Below the pieces are notes generated by a model. The model was not told the DNA's origin. It did no database searches and saw only the letters and a list, made by a program, of their open reading frames with translations. A program made the translations under genes and the position numbers. DNA of 64,000 nt from Eledone cirrhosa (taxonomy: Eukaryota). Below, in pieces: positions 1 to 13,889 of this stretch; positions within the stretch are counted from its first letter, which is position 1; every line of letters starts with the position of its first letter. Location of the stretch: positions 354,826,001-354,890,000 of the forward strand of contig OZ024741.1 in NCBI GenBank assembly GCA_964016885.1. Direction: 5' to 3'.

Positions 1-215
1 CCAGCTTAATAATGAGAAAGTTGGTTATATTACTAAATCTCTTGAAATTCTTGATAATTTTCAAAATTATTTGAAAATCATAGGCAGTGTCTCTCATTAG
101 AAATATGGTAACAAAAGGATTAATGATTACAAATTGTAAATTATTATTTAATTGGTTTTAACTGGTTAGTAGTAAGTATATAATTAAAATTATATTCTTA
201 CTTTACTTTTTTCAG

Positions 216-359
216 GCTGTTTTCAAGCTGGAGAACAAGGAACAATTCTGAAGAAGCTGAATACAAATGAACAAAAATGCTATAAGGTCCTGGAAGATGA
301 CAATTTGAATGATTTTATTCCTGCAGCTCGTGGTGAAGTGGTCAAAGATAATGGTGAAA
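216..359 (+). CDS. ITPK: Inositol-1,4,5-trisphosphate 3-kinase (ITPKA/B/C family), internal coding exon; the gene begins upstream of the window
   Basis: tttttcag acceptor and A|gttagt donor, phase 1-1. Translates (G)CFQAGEQGTILKKLNTNEQKCYKVLEDDNLNDFIPAARGEVVKDNGE, matching the IP3K GSFKA..GRILKK..EQRC..FVPAYHGDVVKDGE region. Confidence 0.93.
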
Positions 360-984
360 GTTAGTATAGCTACTACTCAATTCTTTTTCATTAACTCATT
401 GGTTAATAAATCTTTTTATAAGGGCAATGAATTGGTTGAACTGTTATTGTCTAAGGTTATTATTTTTTTTTATTTACTATTTAGTCAGGCATATGCAGCG
501 TACTGGCAGAGTTCTTAGAATATCAGACAAAATACTTTGCAGCATTCATTCTGGCTCTGTGCTCTGAGGTCAGCTTTGCCTTTCATCCTTCTGAGATTAA
601 TAAAATTGCTTTGCTGGGTTTTAACTCCTAATGTCCTGTACCACATGAAACCACATTAGCAAGACATTCTGGAAAAATTCAAATCAGCATCATGACTGCA
701 TCACGTTAAAAATTAAGACTATATTTTCGTTTATTGCATATTTTCACAATAATATATCTACTAGTAAAGACACTATAAATATTTGAATTAAAAAAAGCCA
801 GTTTTAGATATTTTCTGCTAAATCGTTACTGAATATTAAGAGTTAACTTTGTGATGGACTGGCATCTTGTCCAGGAGAGAGTTTGGTACTCTCATTTACT
901 TAATACCTCATTGAAACTGATAAGTTCTAGACTGATGAGCCTCTAGGTTTGATAAAGATTTATATCTATGGTAACTAGATTTTA

Positions 985-1297
985 AAAAGTGAGCATACTG
1001 GTGTCACAATAAAATGGACCCAGCCTATACTGTAAAGTAGTAGTGCTGGTACTATGAAAAAAGCAATCAATCCACCCTGTCAGATGGTAGTGGTAGTGCC
1101 ACATGAAAACAAACCTGGTATATGCCATGAAGTGGCTGGCATTAGGAAAGGCATCCAGCTGTAGAAAGCATGCCAAAATGGACTGAATGTGCAAGACTCA
1201 GTTGTCTGACCTCCCATGTCTAGTGTCAAAATGTGATAACCCATCTAACCCATGCAAGCTTAGAAAATAGGTATAAAATAGTGATGATGATGATGAT
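985..1297 (+). mobile_element. RTE-LINE 3'-UTR-derived fragment
   Basis: Contains the ttaggaa(a/g)ggcatccagctgtagaaa core and ends catgcaag...(gat)n, as in the 3' UTR of the RTE at 41-42 kb. Similar pieces lie at about 2270-2580, 2640-2730(-), 11990-12200(-), 12570-12680(-), 22760-22950 and 25025-25143. Confidence 0.7.
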
Positions 1298-1423
1298 ACA
1301 TAGCTCTTTTAGTTTTCAATGTTGAACTATAGATGAAAGGCATAAACCTATAACATATTTTCCTGAGAAATTCATATTTATTAACCAATGAATAGTTATA
1401 TATTGTTTTCTTTGTTTCACTAG

Positions 1424-1551
1424 AATTTCTTCAGTTGGAAGATTTACTTGCTTCTTTTGACTCACCTTGTGTGATGGATGTAAAGATGGGAATTCGGACA
1501 TATTTAGAAGATGAGTTAAAGAAAGCCAGAGAAAACCCTAAACTCCGTGCT
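1424..1551 (+). CDS. ITPK: IP3 3-kinase coding exon with the PxxxDxKxG inositol-binding motif
   Basis: ttcactag acceptor and gtatgt donor, phase 1-0. (K)[42 protein letters not shown]. Confidence 0.96.
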
Positions 1552-2796
1552 GTATGTACCATTTCAATAGACAATACTGTTTTACGATACATAGAATGTT
1601 ACGATACATTCCATGTTTTGCCTATTTACCACTAGATTTAGATTGATTATTGTTATATTTGGGAAGGGTCATGTTATAATATTGCCAGAAATATATAGTA
1701 AAACACACTCACTCTTTGGTTTGTGTTGGTTTTCATTTCAGTATATTTTATATTTCTATAATAACAACATGACCCTTTCCAAATATAACATTATTTATTT
1801 CAACACGCGATTTCATATAAAAAACATTGCAAAACAAATTCATTAGATTGATTAGTTTTCTATAAATAAAGATTTTACTATTTTACATTTTGTTAGTGTT
1901 TTAAGGCCATTTTTCGTTGCTAAAGCAGGCCCATGACAAACTTCATACTCATCATGGGGTCCTTTTTGAGGCAGTGTTTTACAGCTGTATGCCTTTTAAG
2001 TGCCTTTTACAAAATGCGGAAATACAGTATACCTGCTTGTTGTAAGAGAGGACTAAAAGAGCTAACATCACTATCTTAATATATTTGGATAAATACATTA
2101 AAATATTTCATCTTATTCTCATTTTCAAGACCTGGGCTACTGAATCAATTTTATTTTAATATCATATAGAATATCCTGAATATTTCACTGTCTGGTTCAG
2201 TGTATAGGTCTGTTGATCAATACTTACAGTATTTGCATCTACAAGTACTTTGTGTTGTAATGAGGTTGTGCATGAGCCCATTGTGGTACCACAATAAAAA
2301 ACACCCATTTCTCACCGTAACACAGTAGTACTGGTGCAAAAACAAGAAACACCAGTCAACCTTGTAAAGAGGTAATGTTGGTGCAACAACAAAAAGCACT
2401 ACTGTGTAAAGTGGCAGTGCTGGAATCATGATAACATGCTTCCTGTATGTGTATATGCTATAAAATGGTTGACCAAAAACAGAGCATATAAGCAAGACTT
2501 AGTCAGCTGACCAGTCTAGCCTCAGTATGTGGTAATCCATCTGACTCACCCAAGCATGGAAATAGATGTTAAACAGTGATGGTTTGGGAAAGATTTCCAC
2601 AGATTAATGAGGGTGGTTGGCTTGGGATAATATGACCATTTTTATGACCACATTCCCATACTGGCATGGGTTGCATGAAACTTTTTGAAGCAGCATTTTA
2701 TGGCTGGATGCCCTTCTTGATGCCAACCCATACTTCATTTTCAAGAATGGTACTTATGCACCCGAACTCCATTGTCATCATTTGCTTTTTTAAACA

Positions 2797-2798
<2 letters not shown>

Positions 2799-2874
<76 letters not shown>
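2799..2874. repeat. (CA)n microsatellite
   Basis: Direct reading; lies in an ITPK intron. Confidence 0.97.
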
Positions 2875-2878
<4 letters not shown>

Positions 2879-3258
2879 AGTAAGAGAGAGAGTAGAGAGG
2901 ATACTTCAGTTGTGTCAAGGGCACATCAATCTTTCTAGTGTTGCTGACATGCTATAGTGCACTCAGAATACTGTAAAATGGTTGGTGATAGGAAGAGCAT
3001 CCAGCTGCAGGAAACCTGCCAAACAAAAGTTCAAGAGGACTTTTCAGCTCTACTAAAGGTTTGACAACCTCCCTATTGCTGGGGCCGTGTTAATTTGCAC
3101 TCTGTGCTCTCTGCTGAGTGTGAGAATGTATCTAAGTATGGAATGGGCCTACTGCTCATTTGGGAGGTCAGTAATTTCAATTAAGTACTGTCTTGTGATT
3201 ATCATTACTATTATTATTATTATTACCATCTGCACTGTAACTTGTTTTACTGTTGCAG

Positions 3259-3408
3259 GATATGTATGAAAAAATGATTGACATTGATCCCACTGCACCC
3301 ACTGATGAGGAACGACAACTGAAAGCAATTTCCAAACCCCGCTACATGCAATGGCGTGAAAACATAAGTTCATCGTCTTCACTAGGATTCCGAATCGAAG
3401 GAGTCAAG
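3259..3408 (+). CDS. ITPK: IP3 3-kinase coding exon (IP-binding lobe)
   Basis: ttgcag acceptor and gtagat donor, 150 nt, phase 0-0. [50 protein letters not shown]. Confidence 0.96.
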
Positions 3409-3619
3409 GTAGATTGGTTGTTTTTTTTTCTATTTCAACACATTTTTGACCACTTATTAATCTATCAGTTACCTGATTTAACCATTTCATTACCATATTT
3501 CTAATAAAATACACTGTATTTCAATTAATGGAAGAAGAATTTGGAGGGATTTCCTAAACTTATTTCTGTATTAATATGGCATTTAGGGTGGTGGATTGGC
3601 AGAATCGTTAGAACATTAG

Positions 3620-3871
3620 TGTAGGTGTCACGACAAAAAAACACACAGTCCACACTGTAATGTGGCCGTGTAGGTAACACGGTAAAAAGTTCCCAGTTCC
3701 ACACTGTAAATGTGGTTGGTGTTAGGAAGGGCATCCAGCTGTAGAAAACCTGCCAGATAGTCCTATACGAGTGAGACACGGTCACCCGACCAACCTTGCC
3801 TCAAGTGGGCAACTCCCATCTAACCCATGCTAGCGTGGAAGATAGGCGTTAAATGAAGATGATGATGATGA
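3620..3871 (+). mobile_element. RTE 3'-UTR fragment inserted into a Deu/Nin-type SINE
   Basis: Closely matches 41930-42283 and ends in (gat)n. It splits a SINE whose head is at about 3585-3620 and whose body resumes at about 3875-4025. Confidence 0.75.
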
Positions 3872-4229
3872 GATGATTGGATAAAATGCTTTTGTGGCAT
3901 TTGTTCTTGCTCTTTACATTCCGAGTTCAATTCCTACCGAGGTCAGCTTTGCTTTTTATCCTTCCAGGGTTGATATAATTGACTTTCCCTTCCCTAGAAA
4001 TTGCAGGCCTTGTGCCTAAATTATAAGTCATTATTAATAGGGTTATTTCATAAAATTGTGTTGGAAGATTTTTATTATATAGGTGGTTTTTATTCTATAG
4101 AACCTGAGGGCGTTAGAGTGCTTTTAGTGGAAACCTCTCTATTCAAAACATTTGAATCTGGTTTCTTGTTTGGGAGTATCTTTCCGTTATTGTTGTAATC
4201 ATACTCATCAAGAAGATGTTTCAGTGGAG

Positions 4230-4680
4230 TACCACAGAGAGAGAGAGGAGGACAAACAACGAATTGCAGAAGATAAGAATAGAACCGGTGATGCATGTTT
4301 GGAAGAGAAATGGAATGAGATGGTTGAGCCATATGTTAAGGAAGGATGAAAGTGACTGAGTGAGAGGAATAGAGCCAGTGATGAATGTTGTGAAGAGAAA
4401 TTGCATGAGGTAGCTTGGTCATGTGTTGAGGAAGGGTGAAAGGAGTGATGGAAATAAGAGTCAGAGATGAAAGTTATGAAGAGAAATGAAATGAGATGGT
4501 TGGGTCATATGTTAAGGAAAGTTAAAAAGGACCAGGTGAAAAGAGTGATGGAAATGAATGTGTAAGGTAATAGAAGAAAGAGAAAACCAAGAAAGACCCA
4601 GTTAAAGATGATAGAGGAGGAAATGAAAGCCAGGGAGTTTGGTGAGGATGGATGCAGAGGATAGGGCAAAATGGAGAAAT
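4230..4680 (+). mobile_element. Old RTE ORF C-terminal remnant with a three-fold tandem ~85-bp duplication
   Basis: Three copies of gatgaatgttgtgaagagaaat..atgagatggttgggtcatatgttaaggaa, encoding ..KRN.MRWLGHMLRK.., followed by VKRVMEMNV.GNRRK.KPRKT. Confidence 0.6.
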
Positions 4681-6105
4681 TGTTTTAGCAGGGGAAATGG
4701 CCTTAAAGCATTTGTTATTGTACTGTACGCTATGCATATTTTCCAATTGTTTTATTCATAGCAACTGTATGCACTGAAGATGAACAGTGATCCAGTCCTA
4801 AGTGTACAAAATAATAGTGATCGATTCCAGGGGTGGTTGATAAGAGATACCAATGCTTTTGTCTGTTTGTTCTTTGTTTTATGCTTTTTTAAAACTTTTT
4901 CTGTGTGCAATTCTTTCAGATATGTATATTTCATGTAACCCCATGCAAGATCCATTTGTTAAACTTGTTGTTCTGTGTATATATAGTATTAGTGCCATGA
5001 TAAAATCCACACAGTATTCTCTGTACAGTACAAGAACATATGTAAATGAACTGCTCTCTCTGGCCTGTTGAGGGGGTCAGTGACTCCAACTGGATACTGA
5101 CTTGATCTATGATGACCCATCCCACCCTTGCTAGCAAGGAAAATTTATGTTATATAATAATGATGAGGATGGTGATTATATATATAAATATATCATAATG
5201 GTGCTTGGCAGTGGGATTTAAATAGAGCTTGAAGGAGATTCAATATAAAAGATTTTGTCATTTTTGTCCATTAAAAATTCAGGGTAGTTGAACATTAAAT
5301 TCTTCGCATTAACAATCGCATTGTAAAAGCACCATAAATATCTCCTAGCAGACCTAACCATGTGACCTTTAATGATTTTAGCCCCACCATCTAAGGATAA
5401 TTATTAACTGTGCTATCGGATACTGGAGTTGAAGACACTAAGAAATGTGAATTCATTTATAATAATTCACCTGACCTTTTTACAACTGGAGCTAGTTTGT
5501 TGGTTGGAGGTTATCAGTGAAAAGAGGCTGAATTGTGAATGGGGTATGTGTTTTAAAGTGAAGGCTGGATACAATTTATCAAGAAAACACAATACGTTAA
5601 TCCTTTTGTTATATATTCTAATAAAAAAAAAACTGCCTGATTTTCAAATCATTTTGAAAATATTTGGAAATTTGGAAGGATTTAGTAATATAAATAATTT
5701 GTTATTAATAAGCTGGTGTTTGGAGCATAACTTAACAAAGTTTCTGACAGAAAATTATTACAGAATGTTTTAGATAACTATAACAAGTTTAAATTAAACA
5801 GTTCTGTATCATAGTACAAGATATGGTTTCAAAAGGATTAGAACACAAGGTAGAGCAGCAAAATTATATTTATATAACTTCAACAATGAAAATGAAATTG
5901 ATCACACAGCAGGGAAAGTAGATGTTAAATGATGGTGATGAATGACAACAGTGATGACTGTCATCATCGTCATCGTCAAGTAAGCAAGAAAGTTCACAGG
6001 AATGAATGTTCAACAGTTCCAGTTTATGTTTGCGTGGCATATTACATTCATTCCCAGATTTTAGTAAAATTAATTCTACTACCATTTTCCTCTCTCTCCT
6101 AACAG

Positions 6106-6207
6106 AAATCTAATGGTGACTCCAGCAAGGATTTCAAACGTACTCGCACTCCTGAACAGGTGAAATCAGTCTTTCTGGAATTTGCCGACCGTGATAAAAA
6201 TATCCTG
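6106..6207 (+). CDS. ITPK: IP3 3-kinase coding exon
   Basis: Polypyrimidine tract with ctaacag acceptor and gtaagt donor, 102 nt. KSNGDSSKDFKRTRTPEQVKSVFLEFADRDKNIL (compare KEDGTVNRDFKKTKTREQV..F.EF..NIL). Confidence 0.94.
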
Positions 6208-6496
6208 GTAAGTATACTTGTGACCGAGATAATGAGTGATAAAAGTTGGTCAGGCAATGCCATATCTTGAGGAGGATGCAAAATGAAGTTAATTGTTCTG
6301 GTGGCTTTCTTTGTTATACTATTAAATAACATTTGCGTCATCAATGACATATTTCTCTCTGTTCTTGCTCTCTTACTCTCTATCTCTCTCCCTCTTATCT
6401 GTTTCCTTGGGAAACAATAATAACAGGCATAGCCATATACATATGTATGTATATATATACACACTTAAAATACACACACACACATATATATGTATA

Positions 6497-6563
<67 letters not shown>

Positions 6564-6789
6564 ATACATACATATATGGTGCTGTCATGTTAATATAATT
6601 AAGTTGATATGGTGTTCATACAATATACTACATATCAAAGCAGAGGAGGTTGCTTATTTGGTATTTATTAACAATTGGGAGAGCTGCTCATATTCTAAAT
6701 GTCATTACAGAAAAACATAAAAACAAAAACGAAGACAGATATTTTCAGATTCTATTATCAAATTGAACATCAAAACCATTGCTAAAAAA

Positions 6790-7240
6790 AGTAGTGGTAC
6801 TTGTGCTATGAAAATTGGCATCTAGTATACTCAGTAAAGTGGTGTCACAAAATAAATACGCACCTAGTACACTCAGTAAAGTGATAGTGATGGAGCCTTG
6901 AAAAAATACACCTAGTACTCCCTGTAAAATGTTAGGGGTGATGCCACAGAAAGAAAAATGTGCTCAGTTCACTCTGTAGAGTGATAGTAATGGTGTCACA
7001 AAAAAATACACCCAGTACACTCTGTAAATCCTTAATATTTGTACCATGAAAAAAAAAGACTCAAAATACACCCTGTAAAGTCGTTGGTGTTAGGCAGGGC
7101 ATCCAGCTAGAGAAACCATGCCAAATATAGAACACGGAACATATGCGCAATATTGGGTTGCCCTGACCCATCTGGTCTCAGACCAAGACAACCCATCCAA
7201 CCCTCAACAGCATGGAAAGTGAGTACAAAAAGATGATGAT
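6790..7240 (+). mobile_element. RTE 3'-UTR fragment with an expanded ~45-bp subrepeat
   Basis: About six degenerate copies of aaaaatacacc(c/t)agtacactc.gtaaagtg, then the ggcatccagct core and (gat)n. Confidence 0.65.
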
Positions 7241-7951
7241 TAGATATCACTCTGAATCTGTAATTCTATTTTATTCTCCTATTCTTTATTCATTAGACTG
7301 TGGCCATGCTGGGGCACCGCCCTGAAGGATTTTATTTGATCATTATCTTTCCCTAGTTCTTATTTTTTAAAAGTCTGGTGTTTATATTATTGATCACTTT
7401 TTGTTGAACTGCATAAACAAACAGTAAATATAAACATGGTCACACGTACATGTACACACTCAATCACATACTCACACACACATATACAGTTATTTGAATG
7501 TGATTTCATATTACGAAAGAATGAGCCCTGAATATGTAAACATAGAGGTAATTTATATATTTTGATACATGGTATTAGTAATACACTAAAATAACTGCTA
7601 ATTTCATCAATGTTATAGGCAAAATCAAATATTCCCAATTATCAGAACTAGTACATGCATTTTGTCATGTCTGATCATCAGTTCTGAATGCCTGAGAAGA
7701 CACACGTACAAGTTCTGATAATTGAGAATATGTGCTTTTGCCAATAATGTCTTTGAAACTGGCAGTTTTTTAGTGTTCTACTGGGTTCTGATGCAGTTGT
7801 ATCTCAACTCTACTACAGTCATGTCTAGATTCTTCTACAGTCATATCTTGATTCTACTGCAGTCATGTCTAGATTCTTCTACACTCATATTTAAACTCTG
7901 CTACAGTCATGCCAGGCCACTACTTAACAAGTTATGCAACAAGCATTTTAA

Positions 7952-8172
7952 CCCTTTAACATTTACATTATTCTATTTTTACTATTCTATTTTCACAGAA
8001 AAGGCTTTATCTTACATAATTATCTCACAGAATATCGAATTTATGAGATTTTGATATTATTTATTTTGAGAACAATACCTTAACATAAGTATGAGTGGCC
8101 AGTTACAGCCGGTTTGAACAGAAAGCGGTGAGAGAATTCTGGCCGGATATGGCTGGTTTAAATGCTAAAGGG
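7952..8172. mobile_element. piggyBac-type MITE with TTAA target duplication
   Basis: TTAA|CCCTTTAACATTTA ... TAAATGCTAAAGGG|TTAA. A close second copy lies at 27848-28067. Confidence 0.85.
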
Positions 8173-8375
8173 TTAAGGCTATTTTTTCTACAAAAGCAGG
8201 GATTTGCCTTGAGGATTTCATGGGTTATTTTTTAAATGTTTTATAACTGGATGCACTTCATAGTACCAACTTTTTTAGTTGCTTCACACAACCTACAGGG
8301 ATATATAAATGTATGTTTGTTTCTGTATGTTCCTTAATGTATGTTCAATCGTATTATCTTCTTATCTCTTTGCAG

Positions 8376-8447
8376 TCTCAGTATGTTAGTCGCCTGAAGG
8401 AAATACGGCCAGCTGTTGAAAATTCCAAGTTATTTAAATGTCATGAG
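8376..8447 (+). CDS. ITPK: IP3 3-kinase coding exon
   Basis: tttgcag acceptor and gtatgg donor, 72 nt. SQYVSRLKEIRPAVENSKLFKCHE. Confidence 0.93.
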
Positions 8448-8458
8448 GTATGGAAAGT

Positions 8459-8562
<104 letters not shown>

Positions 8563-8736
8563 GGAACAAGTAAGACCCCGACGGCTTGAGCTCAGCCGTC
8601 GGGCTCTTACTTGTTCCTATTACCCACTCTACTACCCTAAGTATTGAGTACTTTGGTGCGTTATGGTCCACCTGGTTCCTTACCACATTTCCTTCGTTAT
8701 ATATATATCTGATGTTTATTTTTATTTTATTTTCAG

Positions 8737-8937
8737 ACTATTGGCAGTTCGTTGCTTTTTGTTCACAATAGTCTTGGCAAAACCGGAATCTGGCTCATCG
8801 ACTTTGGTAAAACAACGCCACTTCCTCAAAATATTGTGACAAATCATCGCAACAAATGGGTTGAAGGGAACCATGAAGATGGCTACTTGTTTGGTTTGGA
8901 CAACCTGATCTCACTGATGCAGGAACTTCTACTCTAA
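8737..8937 (+). CDS. ITPK: IP3 3-kinase terminal coding exon with SSLL and IDFG motifs, ending in TAA
   Basis: ttttcag acceptor. TIGSSLLFVHNSLGKTGIWLIDFGKTTPLPQNIVTNHRNKWVEGNHEDGYLFGLDNLISLMQELLL*. Confidence 0.96.
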   Translation, partial: TIGSSLLFVHNSLGKTGIWLIDFGKTTPLPQNIVTNHRNKWVEGNHEDGYLFGLDNLISLMQELLL

Positions 8938-9123
8938 CAGATGCTTTTGTTGTTATTTGTTTTTGAGCAAGAGAAATCTGAACAGCCATACACTCCCAGT
9001 GAACACATATTCTTTGATTCTCTGTCTACCTCCTATGGACTACCTCTTCTTTCAGTTACTTCTTCACTATTTCTCACATCAGATTTGCCTCCATTCCTGT
9101 TATAGGACAATGTATTTTATATA

Positions 9124-9168
<45 letters not shown>

Positions 9169-9703
9169 CATACAATTTACATCTTTCTATTTTTGCTAAG
9201 ATGTTAAAATTATAAAGCCCAGTGCCTAGAAATATGTGTTGTACAGTTGTAGCTTTGTACACTATATTGTGATAGTGTTCAAAGAAGTTTCTGTACATTT
9301 TGAATGTGCAACATCGAATTACTCTCTTTCTCTCCCTCTCTCTCAATGTTATATATATACACACATATATCATCGTCATTTAAAGTCCATTCTCTTTTAT
9401 AAGATAAAATGCCCGATGGTCAAGCTTGGCCAGCAGTCCTACTATACTATAATAATATCTGCACTATATTTTCCTTAAGTATTGAGTACTAATTTGAATA
9501 ATGGTCTTATGAATCTTCACTAGTAACATCTCATTCATATATATATATACAGATACACACATAAATACATATAAGTATACAAATATATATATATATATAT
9601 ATATTTATTAAAATAATAGATTAAAGTTTAAGCAAAGAATCGCTGCTTATTTATCCTTATCGAGCCCTCTTTGGATTTTAGTCTTCAAATTTATTATTAT
9701 TAC

Positions 9704-9736
<33 letters not shown>

Positions 9737-10939
9737 GGTATAATATGATTGAAATCATTTTTATTTTAATCTATTTTTATAATATATATATATATAATAT
9801 ATTGAAATAGAAATAGAAGCTTCACTGTAATATTTTTTACTATAATATTGTCTAATAATGAGGCATATAAACCCACTGAACAGAAAAAAGATGGGTATCA
9901 GCACACATATTATAGTCAAAAATATCACAGCAAAGCTTCTATTTTTATTTCAATTCTAAATTTCGCTTGCTGCGTTCCAAACATACTTCCATATATATAT
10001 GTATGCATGTGTGTGTATCTACAGTTGACACCAACATAAAGACAGATTCCTTTTTTTGTGAATATACACTTTTTCTCTAATGAAGTTTGTTTATATTTCA
10101 CTTGATCTGTATTTTATCACTTCATCTCATTTACATCTAACTGGACAACATACTATGAAATTCCCCCAAATTTTCCTATATGGAAACATTTTTTAATATA
10201 AATTTTATATTAACATTTTTCCTCTATCTCTCTACACATATATTTTTGCACACATTCACTTCACACACATATGCATACATTTGCACAAAGGCAGGTCTGC
10301 AGACACATGCATGTACACCATTCAACAGAGGTGCCAGATGAATTTGATAAAAATAAGCTCATTTTTAAAAAGTAGTAGATTATGTCAGAAAGTTACCCAA
10401 AAGGAAGATTTTGTGATTTGTTTGTTTGTTTGTATGTGTGTATATATGTATGTACATATATATGTATGTATGTATATTCTGGTTTTATAATTTTATAAAT
10501 TTTTACCAATAGAGAGAGAATTGGTTTCTAATATAGATACAAGACTCATTGGAATTTACACATCAACTAGGTAGATATGTATGCATGTCTGCATGCATGT
10601 GTGGATATGGATGTTTTGAGTTATGTGTGCATGTGCATATGCTTTGTATCTGTACATGTGTATATGCAATTATTAGATGCAGAATTTTTGGAATGTTTTA
10701 CATATTTTTACTGTTCCATTAATGTATGTATGTGTGAGTGTGTGTGTAAGTACATATGTATGTTACTGGCAACATTTTTCTTTTGGGATCTATTCTTAAT
10801 GTGTTATATATTTATCCTCAGCCAATATTTTGTATCATAATATAGTATTTTATATAGTTTCATGAACGTTTAAATATTTTTTCCATTAAGTGGCATGTCT
10901 CAGGATTATTTAAGAAACTGGGTTATCTTAAGTATTTTC

Positions 10940-11225
10940 CAGATATATTGTTTTGTAAATTTTAATATAACTTTTCACTGAAAAGAAAATATATTTTAGT
11001 CATTAAAAAAATTAATTTTCTGAAAAGAAAATATTCTTCAATCATTACAAAAATTAATTTTCTCAACAGAAAATATATTTTAGTCATGATGGAAATTAAT
11101 TTTTTGAAAAGAAAATATATTTTAGTTTTGCCAAAATTAATTTATATAAAAAATGTATTAGTTATTACAAAAATTAATTTTCTCTCCAGAAATTTATATT
11201 TTAGTCATTATGAAAATTAAATTTA
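10940..11225. repeat. AT-rich ~42-bp minisatellite, about 6-7 copies
   Basis: Approximate unit: aaaagaaaatatattttagtcattacaaaaattaattttct. Confidence 0.8.
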
Positions 11226-11623
11226 ATTTTGCTTGTACTTTAAGACTTAATGGATACTAATTTTTAACTAAGAAAGTAACACTTCAACATTTAAAAAGAT
11301 TTAATTTTCTTGAGTTTTCTGTTGAACAGACACTTTCTTTAATAAATTTTCACTTATGTACCTAAACCTTTGAGAAAAAATAGAATTTTTAATCTTAAAC
11401 TAAAATTTTGAAGTTCTTAGAGGTGTGGTGACAATGAAGTTGTAATAGTAATTAGTGATATGAAGGGCATCAAGTTGTAAAATCAATTGTACTAATGTTT
11501 GACGGGTGAGTACAGTTTAGTTTGGCAGGAGTTATGGGTACAGGTTGGCATTCAGTTTAGGGTGTTTGCTGAGTGTTAGTAAACTGATTATAGCAATAAC
11601 GGTCTTATTTACCCACACGCACG

Positions 11624-11658
<35 letters not shown>

Positions 11659-13134
11659 CAGTGATGTATCATGAAAGGAATACTAGGGTAAGCAAGTGGA
11701 ATGTTGTGTATTTGTGGAACAGTAGCCTCACACTGTGATACCATCTCTTTTTAAACAAAATCTAACAGATTTGAAAAGAGTTTATACCATTATTAATATA
11801 TTATATTATTCCAAAATGCTATTGTAAGTCATTATTCAAATACTATGGCAAGGAGTCTAGTAGTCCATGAAACAATGAAACAGAAAAGAGAAAGTTTAAA
11901 TAATTAAATAAATGGTAAATTTTTTAGAAGGTAAACAATGCTTACCTTGCTTCTTAGGAACACATATCACTGATATATATGTTTATAATCATCCGCATTA
12001 TCATCATATTTTCATGTCTTTTTTTCTATGCTTAGATGGGTTGCCACATAAAAAAGGCCAGACTAAGCCAGGTGACCACGTCTTGCTTGTATGTTCCGTT
12101 TGGGATTTGGTTTCTACTGCTAGATATCCCTCCTAATGCCAACCACTTTACAACATGTACTGGGAGCATTTTATCATGTCTCTGGCACTACCACCTTACA
12201 GATTGTCAGGTGCTTTTGGTCATGGCACCAGCACCACCACTTTATGTATATACTTTTAAATTTAGTTACCCTTTCATTACCACATTTCTAAATAAACACA
12301 CTGTACTGCCTACAATTTTCAAATTGAGGGATTTAGTAATATAAGTAATTTTGTTGTAATTAAGCTGATGTTTGGAAGATAGTTTAACAACGGTTCTTAC
12401 ATAAAATTGTTTTGGAAGGTTTTTATATTAAAATAAATACTTTGAAATAAACAGCCTAATATGATAAAACCAGCATCACTTTTAAGTGGTTTGGTGTTGA
12501 AAGGATTCAGGTTGATCCAGTGGCATATTACTCTGTGTCTTTGACACAGCTAAAGAGTCCTCATAAATTGTTATTTGGCAGGTTTTTTTATGGATGGATG
12601 CCATTTCTATCACCAACAACCTTACAGAATTTACTGAGTGTGTTTATAGTGGAGAAAACCAACACTAGAGAGGTTGTAATGTCTATGGCAATGTATATTT
12701 GGAATTTTAGACAAACTTGGAAGCCTTTAAACAATGTTTGATTTTAAAACATAATTTTATTGGATTTTTTTAAACTTAATTTTCAACCGTGTCGATTCTT
12801 CTCAAAATATATTGTAAATTTCAAATTTATTTCAATGCTTCAACTTCACCTCAGATATCTCCAGATTTGCCTAAGAATATATATATATATATTTATACAC
12901 ACACACCACACACACACACCCATATATACACATATGGTTAACAAATAAATTTTGTGATCTGTTTTTACATATAATTAATCTATATATTTTCACTTTTTTT
13001 CAAATGCTTTGAGGATATCTGTAGTTCATTATATCACTGTTAATTTGAATTCCATCAGTGAATAGTTTCACCCAAACTCTTTCTGCCATATTGCTTTGTT
13101 CAGTTTACTACTTTATTATTATTATTATTTGAAA

Positions 13135-13575
13135 TGGCGGTGAATTGGCAGTATCGGTAGAGGGTTGGACGCCATGCTTTCTAGCATAGTTACGTCCCTT
13201 TACAATCTGAGTTCAAATCCCGCGAAGGTTAACTTTGCCTTTCATCCTTACGGGGTCGATAAAATAAAGTACCAGTAATGTACTGAGTAATTGCTGGCCT
13301 TGTGCCTAAAGTAGAAACAATTATTATTTGAAAGTTCCTTTGAATTCGGCTTCTTTGCCAAATCATGATGAGTGTCAACCTGACACAGGGGATTGGCAGT
13401 ATCGGTAGAGAGTCGGACACCATGCTTTGAAGCATAGAGTTACGTCCCTTTATGATCTGAGTTCAAATCCCGCCGAGGTTAACTTTGCTTTTCATCCTTA
13501 CGGGGTCGATAAAATAAAGTACCAGTAATGTACTGGGTGTTTGCTGGCCTTGTGCCTAAAATAGAAACAATTATT
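13135..13575 (+). mobile_element. Tandem pair of tRNA-derived SINEs with a Deu/Nin-like core
   Basis: A-box-like tggcagtatcggtag, B-box gagttcaaatccc, core ctttcatccttacggggtcgataaaataaagtaccag and tail ccttgtgcctaaa.tagaaacaa(tta)n. Other copies at about 490-605, 17782-17920, 24290-24430, 33530-33650(-), 34270-34405(-), 39655-39817, 40520-40712 and 52356-52517. Confidence 0.85.
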
Positions 13576-13889
13576 ATTATTATTATTAAATATATTTATA
13601 TTCCAAATATTAATTCTTTCTCACCATCTTACCAATTTATATATATTTTCTGATAAAAAGATAAATGAAAACCAACTTGCTGATATTTATATATTTTCAT
13701 TTGATTTCTCTCTCTCCCCTTCCCTCCTCTCTCCCTCTTTATTTTCTATTTTACCAGTCTCCAAAGAGATGTTTTCTTATGTCTACTTCCACTTCTGAGG
13801 AATCACTATCTTATAATTAGCTTTAGATTTAGCTTCTTCAGTTGAATCCGGTGGCAATCTCAGCAACTTAAGCTGCAGCGGTTGTTACT

